Assembly: GCA_020627785.1 (NCBI GenBank)
Contig: JAHDGF010000004.1
Coordinates: 58,352-122,351 of the forward strand
Length of the DNA: 64,000 nt
DNA from: Saprospiraceae bacterium
Lineage (GTDB): Bacteria > Bacteroidota > Bacteroidia > Chitinophagales > Saprospiraceae
Direction of reading: 5' to 3'
Shown here piece by piece: positions 1 to 7,120 of this stretch. The notes below the pieces were generated by a model. The model was not told the origin of the DNA and did not search any database. It worked only from the letters and a program-made list of their open reading frames with translations. The position numbers and the translations under genes were made by a program. Position 1 is the stretch's first letter. Every line of letters starts with the position of its first letter.

Positions 1-333
1 GTAGTTAATGTCAACGGACTTTGCTTGATGGTTCCTTAAGAGTTCTTCGAAGTTGAGGTCTTTAGCTGTAAAAACTCCTTCATTTGCTGTAAGGTCATAA
101 AAGAGATTATCTAAGCCAAGAAGCTTTAAATCCTCGTGGATTAACCTTTTTTCAAGATGGTTGGAACAGACGATCGCCGTTCTTTTTCCTTTCTTTAACG
201 CATCCAAAACAAGATTTCGGATTAATTCAAGATTTAAGCTTTGGTAGTCGTAGCTAATATTTGCCTTGGTATGCGATTGCAGTAGATTGGTTAATTTCTT
301 AACCTCTGGGTGAATGGCCCTCAACATGTTCAT
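1..333 (-). CDS. hypothetical protein, N-terminal 111 codons only (gene runs off left edge)
   Basis: My own translation of the minus strand: ATG at 333-331, then an open frame to position 1 (MNMLRAIHPEVKKLTNLLQSHTKANISYDYQSL...). Absent from the ORF track because no stop lies in the window. No family recognised. Confidence 0.45.
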   Translation of the reverse strand, partial: MNMLRAIHPEVKKLTNLLQSHTKANISYDYQSLNLELIRNLVLDALKKGKRTAIVCSNHLEKRLIHEDLKLLGLDNLFYDLTANEGVFTAKDLNFEELLRNHQAKSVDINY

Positions 334-416
334 AATTGTAGTTTTCGTACTACAAATATAAAAAATATATAATATGTTTTAGCTTGTTATAGAGTTAATT
401 ACCTAATAACTCTCAT

Positions 417-443
417 AAAAAAAGCCCCGCACGGCGGAGCTTT
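417..443 (-). terminator. rho-independent terminator downstream of the MORN-repeat lipoprotein gene
   Basis: Minus strand reads aaaGCTCCGC-cgt-GCGGGGCttt followed by a T-run. Stem is about 10 bp with one G-U pair. It lies 25 nt after the stop at 468. Confidence 0.6.
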
Positions 444-467
444 ATTTAATTTTTAATTGGGATATGC

Positions 468-1052
468 TTATTCTACAATACCACCTGATACTTTCTCACC
501 ATTTTTGTATTGGTACTCAAGCGTCACATTGCCCTGTTCATCGTAATATTTAAGAGCTCCGTCCTGCTTTCCGTTTTTGAATTCAATCATTTTTTGAATT
601 TTACCTTGACCATTAAATTCTTCATAGGTTCCTTCAATCACACCTTTTACATAAGGTGTACTTTTTTCAACTCTTCCGAATTTATAGGTAGCAACGATTC
701 CATCATAAACTCCGGCTTTGAAGTCCGACCTTTTAATTACTTGTCCTCTTGTGTCAAACTCTAAAGTTGGACCGTTCAATTGGCCATCTACATAGGATTC
801 TAGAAATTGAATTTTACCTCCTTCGACGTTATTTTTTATCCAAGTACCATTCTTTTTGCCATTAACAGTATAACCAAATTCCACAATTTTACCTGTGCCA
901 TCTTTTTTCTCAGAATACACTGCATTGGATCCAGCCATTTCTGTACTTGTAAATCCTTGAAGATCAGCAGATTCTGAAGCGACACTTGCGCCACCACCAC
1001 CATTGCATGAAAATAAAACTACAACAGCCAAAGTCAACATAGAAAATTTCAT
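468..1052 (-). CDS. lipoprotein with MORN-variant (YwqK-like) repeats
   Basis: Signal peptide plus lipobox (LFSCNGG). Repeated G-x-x-G/Y-x-x-G beta-hairpin units (NGKKNGTWI, DGQLNGPTLEF, GVIEGTYEEF, NGKQDGALKYY, YKNGEKV). Confidence 0.7.
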   Translation of the reverse strand: MKFSMLTLAVVVLFSCNGGGGASVASESADLQGFTSTEMAGSNAVYSEKKDGTGKIVEFGYTVNGKKNGTWIKNNVEGGKIQFLESYVDGQLNGPTLEFDTRGQVIKRSDFKAGVYDGIVATYKFGRVEKSTPYVKGVIEGTYEEFNGQGKIQKMIEFKNGKQDGALKYYDEQGNVTLEYQYKNGEKVSGGIVE

Positions 1053-1122
1053 CTCAATTGTATTTTTTAATTAATATTACACATTACGAAAATATGATAT
1101 ACCTTTCAAACGGCAAAAACTA

Positions 1123-2736
1123 ATGAATAATAAAGCAATCGCAAATAAATTCAACCTTTTAGGTAAACTATTAGAGTTACAAGGAGAAAATGCATTCAAG
1201 ACTAGATCATATAGTAATGCCTATATCACGATTCGTAAGCTTCCGACTCCTTTGTTTGAAATGGCCGAAGAAGACATTCGTGCAATTCCAGGCTTTGGGA
1301 AAGCAATTCAAGAAAAAGTTTTGGAGCTGCGTGATACTGGTGAGATGTCTGCTTTACAGAAAATGATTGACGTAACTCCTCCCGGGATTGTAGAAATGCT
1401 CATGATTAAAGGTCTCGGGCCAAAGAAGGTTAAACAGCTTTGGGAAGAACTTGATATTGAATCGCCAGGGGAGCTATTGTATGCTTGTAATGAAAATAGA
1501 CTGGTCGCTTTAAAAGGTTTTGGTGAAAAAACACAAAAGTCAGTCAAAGATCAAATTGAATATCATCTAAGTTCGAAAGGAAAGTATCATTATGCAACCA
1601 TTGAGCCTATAGCCATTAATCTGATCAAGACACTGAATGAACGATTTCCAATGGAGACGATTGAGTTAACTGGTAAATTGGCAAGAAGATCAACCATAGT
1701 TGAGCAGATTGAACTCATTGGAACTGTTCCAGAATCGGAATTAGCCGAATGGATGAATGAAAATGGAGAATTTGAATATGAGGAGATTCCATTTTATTAC
1801 ATTGAAACGGATGAAGAAACCTTTTGGGTTAACCATATTGAGTCGAGCAGTAGTGAAGAATATTTGGATAGTTTTCCAGAATTATTGGACTCCAATGGAT
1901 ATGATGAAATAGAGGTTTATGAAAATGCCGGAATAGACTTTCATCCACCATATCTGAGAGAAAAAGAAAACCTCCCATGGTTAAATAAAACCACATTTGA
2001 CGAAAGTCAGATTATTGATGATGAGTCCATAAAAGGAGTCGTCCATAATCATAGTACCTATAGTGATGGGGTCAATACCTTAAAACAAATGGCCGATGCT
2101 ACCGCTGAATTGGGCTATGAATACTTAGTGATGACCGATCATAGTAAATCCGCGTTTTATGCGAATGGTCTTTCGGAGGAACGATTGTATGCTCAAATTG
2201 ATGAGATAAAAGAGATAAATTCTAAAAGCCCGATTCGTGTATTTTCTGGTATTGAATCAGATATCTTGCACAATGGAGATTTAGATTATGCGGATGATGT
2301 TTTGGCGGAATTAGATGTCATTGTAGCTTCTGTCCATTCAGTTTTAAAAATGGATGAAGCAAAAGCAACATCCCGTTTAATTACAGCCATAGAGAATCCA
2401 TACACTCGAATACTAGGGCATCCGACAGGACGCTTATTACTTTCAAGAAAAGGTTACCCAGTGGACTTTAATAAGGTTATTGATGCTTGTGCTGCAAATG
2501 GAGTAGTCATAGAAATGAATGCTAATCCGTATCGCTTGGATATGGACTGGAGGTATATTGCACAAGCCATGGAGAAGGGAGTAATGATCTCGATAAACCC
2601 AGATGCGCACAGTATTGGAGGTATAAATGACATTCATTATGGTGTTATGGCGGCAAGTAAAGGTGGGCTGACGAAGGAAATGTGCCTCAATACGAAAGAT
2701 CTGAAGGCATTTGAGAATTGGGTTGAGAGTAAGTGA
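1123..2736 (+). CDS. PolX-family protein (HhH/pol-beta-like N-terminal half plus PHP phosphoesterase domain); polymerase motif non-canonical
   Basis: N-terminus is typical of bacterial PolX (NKAIANKFNLLGKLLELQGENAFKTRSY). HhH elements present (IPGFGKAIQEKV, KGLGPKKVKQLW, LKGFGEKTQKSV). PHP motifs are intact (HNHSTYSDG, MTDHS, GIESDI, ASVHS, LGHPTGR, EMNANP, NPDAH). Confidence 0.8.
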   Translation: MNNKAIANKFNLLGKLLELQGENAFKTRSYSNAYITIRKLPTPLFEMAEEDIRAIPGFGKAIQEKVLELRDTGEMSALQKMIDVTPPGIVEMLMIKGLGPKKVKQLWEELDIESPGELLYACNENRLVALKGFGEKTQKSVKDQIEYHLSSKGKYHYATIEPIAINLIKTLNERFPMETIELTGKLARRSTIVEQIELIGTVPESELAEWMNENGEFEYEEIPFYYIETDEETFWVNHIESSSSEEYLDSFPELLDSNGYDEIEVYENAGIDFHPPYLREKENLPWLNKTTFDESQIIDDESIKGVVHNHSTYSDGVNTLKQMADATAELGYEYLVMTDHSKSAFYANGLSEERLYAQIDEIKEINSKSPIRVFSGIESDILHNGDLDYADDVLAELDVIVASVHSVLKMDEAKATSRLITAIENPYTRILGHPTGRLLLSRKGYPVDFNKVIDACAANGVVIEMNANPYRLDMDWRYIAQAMEKGVMISINPDAHSIGGINDIHYGVMAASKGGLTKEMCLNTKDLKAFENWVESK

Positions 2737-2794
2737 TAAGCTTTAATGCCAATAAAATAGGATGTTAACCGGTTGTTAACCGTATTAACAATAC

Positions 2795-2824
2795 TTGTTC
2801 AGTCTAATAATTGCTTTAGATTTG
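2795..2824 (+). promoter_or_regulatory. candidate Bacteroidota sigma-A promoter (TTG-N19-TAgaTTTG) for the DUF1573 gene
   Basis: TTG at 2795-2797, a 19-nt spacer, and TAGATTTG at 2817-2824 match the TTG / TAnnTTTG consensus. It sits about 45 nt upstream of the ATG at 2870. Confidence 0.35.
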
Positions 2825-2869
2825 TTCCATATTTAGAAACACAATTAATTAATTCATAATCTTTTAACA

Positions 2870-3403
2870 ATGAAAAATTTTAAAGTATTTAGTTTCTTGT
2901 TTGTCTTAGCTGCCTTCGGTTTGACTTCATGTAATTCAGATGGTGCAACTGCAAAAGCAGATGACACAAGAGCGGTACCTGCAGCTGCAACAACAGCAGA
3001 TGCTAAGCCACAATCAGCAGAAATCGGAACTGAGCCAGCTGTACCAGCAGGACCTTTAACTACACTTGAGTTTGCAGAAGCTACTTTTGACTTCGGTGAA
3101 GTAATGGAAGGAGAAAAAGTAAATCACTCATATGAGTTTACTAACACTGGATCTGAGCCATTAATTATCTCTAACGCTAAAGGTTCATGTGGATGTACAG
3201 TTCCTAACTGGCCAAGAAATCCTATCGCTCCAGGAGAAACTGCATCTATTGATGTTGCATTTGACTCTAAAGGAAAAGGAAAAGTAGGTGGTAATCTTCA
3301 GTCTAAGAGAGTTACAATCACAGCTAACACTGATCCTGCGAACACGTACCTAACAATTAAGGGTAAAGTAAATAAAGAAGAAGGAGCTGCACCAGCACAA
3401 TAA
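2870..3403 (+). CDS. DUF1573 domain lipoprotein
   Basis: Lipobox (LTSCNSD), an Ala/Pro-rich linker, then a DUF1573-like core (FDFGEVMEGEKVNHSYEFTNTGSEPLIISNAKGSCGCTVPNWPRNPIAPGE). Confidence 0.8.
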   Translation: MKNFKVFSFLFVLAAFGLTSCNSDGATAKADDTRAVPAAATTADAKPQSAEIGTEPAVPAGPLTTLEFAEATFDFGEVMEGEKVNHSYEFTNTGSEPLIISNAKGSCGCTVPNWPRNPIAPGETASIDVAFDSKGKGKVGGNLQSKRVTITANTDPANTYLTIKGKVNKEEGAAPAQ

Positions 3404-3423
3404 ATTCTACTTTAATAAAAGAT

Positions 3424-3455
3424 AAAAGCCTCGACCTTCGTCGGGGCTTTTTTTA
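3424..3455 (+). terminator. rho-independent terminator
   Basis: GCCTCGAC-cttc-GTCGGGGC (8 bp with one G-U) followed by a run of seven T. It lies 20 nt after the stop at 3403. Confidence 0.65.
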
Positions 3456-3537
3456 TTATCCAATCTTGATGGTTCAGATTTAAGGGAACGCCTTAATCAT
3501 TTTGTTTTTCTTTCCGCTTGCGCAAATGCGTTCTTAC

Positions 3538-3571
3538 TAAAAAAGCACCTTGATTATTCAAAGTGCTTTTT
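3538..3571 (-). terminator. rho-independent terminator for the 1098-aa T9SS cargo gene
   Basis: Minus strand reads AGCACTTTGA-ataa-TCAAGGTGCT followed by TTTTTT. Stem is 10 bp with one mismatch. It lies about 25 nt after the stop at 3597. Confidence 0.55.
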
Positions 3572-3596
3572 AGTGTGATTATTTAAAATAGGATTA

Positions 3597-6500
3597 TTAG
3601 TTCTTTACAATCTTTCCTAACCAAAAGATGTTTCCTTCCAAATCTTCAGCCTGAATGAAATACAGTCCATCCATCAAATTTGAAATGTCAAGCTTGTTTT
3701 CGTTGTTTTCAATTTGGACTTTTCGACCATTGGTAGCAACCAACCAATATTTATTCAGTGTGTAATTTGTTTCTACATTTACTAGACCTTTTGTTGGATT
3801 AGGATATACCTTAGCTTCAAGCGTGTTCACTTCCTTAACCGCTACGGATCCATCCATTCCATCACAATCTTCATCAATACCGTTACCATTTATTTCTTCT
3901 GCATCTGGATTTATTGAAGGGTCTGTATCATCACAATCTAAACTATTTTCAACCAATCCTTCGACCAAGTCGCAGGCTTCAATTGTGTTTTCTGGATCAC
4001 CAAATCCATCCTCATCTAAATCAGCAAAATAGACCGTGAGGGTAAAACCTTCGTCTATCTGCCCGTCACAATTATTATCAACTCCATCACATTCTTCTAC
4101 CGCATCTGGATTAATTGCTGGATTGGTATCATCGCAATCCGCTGTATTGTCATATCCATCTCCATCTGCATCTTGGATAGCGGAGGCAGAACAACATATA
4201 GTTGAGGTAGCACTTGGACAATCTCCAGTCGAAATTGCAGTCACTGTAAAAGTAACTTTATCGCCATCTGTCAATTGATCAACTAAAAAATCAGTATCAG
4301 TCGAGATAACATTAAAAAAGCCAGAAGGTGTTTCAAAAACCAATTCATATTCTTGAACTCCTGTTTGACTATCCCAGCTGAATTCAATAGATGTAGCTGC
4401 TGGAGAACATGTAATGTTTGGAGCCGTGATTGTTTGAAATCCCTCATCAATCTGTCCGTCACAATTATTATCGACACCATCACATACTTCTGTTGCGTCA
4501 GGATTGACAGCTGGGTCATTGTCATCACAATCTACAGAATTATCAAACCCATCCCCATCATTATCTGCGAAGTCTAAGGCAATACAGGTAATTGTGCTTG
4601 ACAGGTTATTACATCCATTGTCATAGATAGCTTCAACAGTAATGGTTACTTCTTCGCCTTGTTCTAATCCATCTACTGTAAAAGATAGGTCTGTAATTTC
4701 TGAAACGAAGGCGCCATTTACAAAAATATTGTAAGAACTCACCTGAGGATTGTCATTCCAAATGAATGAAACAGAAGAGTTGGTACTTTGGGCACATGAA
4801 AGTACTGGAGCTGAATCATTTCCAAAACCTTCATCTATTTGACCATTACAATTATTATCTAAACCATCACAGACCTCTATTGCCCCAGGATTGATGTCAG
4901 GATTATCATCATTACAATCCTGCGTATTGTCAAAACCATCACCGTCATTATCTACAACTTCAGCATCACAAAGCGTCTGAGTTGAACTGAAAACATCGGG
5001 GACTGCTGCTCCACAGTTATTGTTTGCCCAGCATCCTGTCATTCCATCAGAGAAAACCATAAAGGACACATCGTGATTGGTGAAGCAAGGCGAGGAGACA
5101 TCTGTTTTAGTCGTAAGATCAATACAAAAAGAAACATTAATCATTGAACCACACGGTGCTTGTAGACCCCACATAGTATTGGGATTTCCGGTGTTGTCGC
5201 AGCCAGCGGCTCCCGGAGTAGTCCAAAACCAACCACCAGGAAGTAAGTCACCAGCAGTTACAAATGGCAAGTTGGGATTTGCCGTAAGGGATGATCCTCC
5301 AGCGCAGTTATTAATTCTTGCAAAACTTGAGGTTCCACCTGTGTATGCTACCTCATCGTCTTGGAACCATTCAGCACCAAGTGTGGTAACACTATTAGGG
5401 TCAAATAAATCGATATCCCAACCTCCACCGAATGAAGGAACAATGCCTTGTAACCATTGACAGTTATTTCCTTGGCCCACAGGGTCAACCGTAAAATCTA
5501 AATTGTAACACACAGACACCGTCTCACCAGGACAGAAAGGTCCAAATGGAGAGCTGTCCGGATTTTCTGGACGGACGATTGTAATCTCACCCTCCGAACA
5601 AGTATTTAAATTTACCTCCGAAATATTTATGCCGAAACAATAGTTCTGTGGATTTATTACATCACAACCATTGCTACTTGTTAGTAAGCAGAGGATATAA
5701 TTTCCTGGTTCGTTAAATTCTAAGCTTAATCCACCTTCGGTTAAGTATGCACCGTTGCAATCAAAAAGCGGGGTGTCAAGAATTGTATTGCCCGCAATTG
5801 CTGATTCAATTTCCATCATGTCCCAGCAATGAGTGAAATTTGAACCATTCATCCCTTCAGGATAAAAGGTAATTACATCTCCAACTTGGTAGTTATGATC
5901 CGTGGATTGAATTCCATTTACCTCTGAAATTGCAATGCTTGGAATTTCTAACGAATTACCAATAACCCCACTTGAAACTGAAATAGTATAATCACAAGGA
6001 TCACCTGCACACCCATCAACTACCAACTGATAGGTTTGTCCGATGATAAGATTAGAGGCTGATATTTCAAAATCTGATTCAAAACAAGCACCTCCTGAGT
6101 CATCATAGCAAGTAGTGGATGAACATGGATCTATTATGGCTGTTTGTATTCCCAACCCATTATCACATTCACCTAATTGGATGGAAAAAGAAATGGATTC
6201 AGAGCCTGCGATAAAACTTACATAATTTGGGTTGTTAAGAACAAAGCCAGCACATAGACCTGCGAAAACTACTCCGCTTTCAATAAGACAACCTTCTAGT
6301 CCATCAAAATCAGCATTACTGCATAAAAATATATTGTCCTCACAACTATTGAATCCAACAGTGGATCCACAGTTTTCTGTGTAACAAATTAGTGATAGGT
6401 CAGTATAACTTAGGATTTCATCTGGTCCTGAGGTTGATCCACTTATTTCAAGTATCAATGTATCATTGTCTACGGGAATAAATCCAGTTGACCAATTAGC

Positions 6501-6893
6501 TTCAGTGGCATCATTGATATCATCACCTAAGGTGTTTTCATAAAGGATGGTTGATCCGGTTGATAAATTGGCATGAAGGAAGTCCCAGCACCCAATGCAA
6601 TCACCAATGGCTGGGTTATTTACATCACCTGGGCATGGGTTATTAGTTTCATTGCACTCTGAGGCAACCTCAAGACCATCACTTCCGGTCCAGAGTAAAC
6701 CATTGGTACTCACATTCATATTTAGGCAAATAGAATCACATGCTGCTGTGGCTACGGTATAAGTATTAAATTCAATTTCAAGGGCGTCTTGAAATTTTCC
6801 ATTTTGATTATTTAAGAGGTAATTTCCACTGCACTGTGCATTCAGTGAAAAACTTGCTAAGGAAAGCAAGAAACAAAGTAGTTGGTTTTTCAT
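3597..6893 (-). CDS. secreted Cys-rich surface protein with tandem MopE-like putative metal-binding motifs, Ig/FN3-like modules and a T9SS C-terminal sorting domain
   Basis: Signal peptide present. Four copies of D-x-DGDG(F/Y)DN..DC(D/N)D.(D/N)P.(I/V)NP.A.E.CDG(V/L)DNNC(D/N)GQIDEGF. C-terminus KVYPNPTKGLVNVE...YFIQAEDLEGNIFWLGKIVKN is typical of type-A T9SS CTDs. Confidence 0.8.
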   Translation of the reverse strand: MKNQLLCFLLSLASFSLNAQCSGNYLLNNQNGKFQDALEIEFNTYTVATAACDSICLNMNVSTNGLLWTGSDGLEVASECNETNNPCPGDVNNPAIGDCIGCWDFLHANLSTGSTILYENTLGDDINDATEANWSTGFIPVDNDTLILEISGSTSGPDEILSYTDLSLICYTENCGSTVGFNSCEDNIFLCSNADFDGLEGCLIESGVVFAGLCAGFVLNNPNYVSFIAGSESISFSIQLGECDNGLGIQTAIIDPCSSTTCYDDSGGACFESDFEISASNLIIGQTYQLVVDGCAGDPCDYTISVSSGVIGNSLEIPSIAISEVNGIQSTDHNYQVGDVITFYPEGMNGSNFTHCWDMMEIESAIAGNTILDTPLFDCNGAYLTEGGLSLEFNEPGNYILCLLTSSNGCDVINPQNYCFGINISEVNLNTCSEGEITIVRPENPDSSPFGPFCPGETVSVCYNLDFTVDPVGQGNNCQWLQGIVPSFGGGWDIDLFDPNSVTTLGAEWFQDDEVAYTGGTSSFARINNCAGGSSLTANPNLPFVTAGDLLPGGWFWTTPGAAGCDNTGNPNTMWGLQAPCGSMINVSFCIDLTTKTDVSSPCFTNHDVSFMVFSDGMTGCWANNNCGAAVPDVFSSTQTLCDAEVVDNDGDGFDNTQDCNDDNPDINPGAIEVCDGLDNNCNGQIDEGFGNDSAPVLSCAQSTNSSVSFIWNDNPQVSSYNIFVNGAFVSEITDLSFTVDGLEQGEEVTITVEAIYDNGCNNLSSTITCIALDFADNDGDGFDNSVDCDDNDPAVNPDATEVCDGVDNNCDGQIDEGFQTITAPNITCSPAATSIEFSWDSQTGVQEYELVFETPSGFFNVISTDTDFLVDQLTDGDKVTFTVTAISTGDCPSATSTICCSASAIQDADGDGYDNTADCDDTNPAINPDAVEECDGVDNNCDGQIDEGFTLTVYFADLDEDGFGDPENTIEACDLVEGLVENSLDCDDTDPSINPDAEEINGNGIDEDCDGMDGSVAVKEVNTLEAKVYPNPTKGLVNVETNYTLNKYWLVATNGRKVQIENNENKLDISNLMDGLYFIQAEDLEGNIFWLGKIVKN
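3851..4961. repeat. intragenic tandem modules (about 390-nt period) encoding metal-binding motif plus Ig-like domain
   Basis: Motif copies start at about 4961, 4571 and 4181 on the minus strand, with a fourth divergent copy at 4037-3851. DNA-level similarity is visible, for example around 4440-4570 versus 4830-4960. Confidence 0.7.
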
Positions 6894-7120
6894 ATAATAT
6901 TAGTTGATCATCTAATTTGAACACGGATTATGTATCCATATTCATCACTTTAATATATATGCTTAAAGAAGGATTCGTTACAATTAATCAAAGATTTTTT
7001 AAATCTTAACGAATTGAATTTTGTTAAAAAATGCAATAAGTGGAAGCTAAAACGTGATAAGTAAGGAAATTCCTAAAAGTTTCACCCAATGGATGGTTCT
7101 TATTTGTTTAATTTTGTGGT

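Noticed and set aside
3517-3524. Short palindrome TTGCGCAA between the two terminators at 3424-3571
   Set aside because: It is only about 8 nt, unique in the window, and lies between convergent terminators where no regulatory role is expected.
5077-5460. 127-aa plus-strand ORF inside the 1098-aa T9SS gene. Similar long antisense or alternate-frame ORFs occur at 22019-22396, 22628-23017, 30848-31189, 34591-34932, 35875-36231 and 46268-46606.
   Set aside because: All lie entirely within well-supported genes. They have low-complexity Ser/Pro/Leu/Ile-rich composition typical of non-coding frames in biased DNA, and they lack recognisable motifs or plausible start contexts.
7109-7116. TAATTTTG -7-like element 4 nt upstream of the ATG at 7121
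   Set aside because: There is no TTG at the expected -33 position, and such octamers are frequent in AT-rich spacers. This is not enough for a promoter call.
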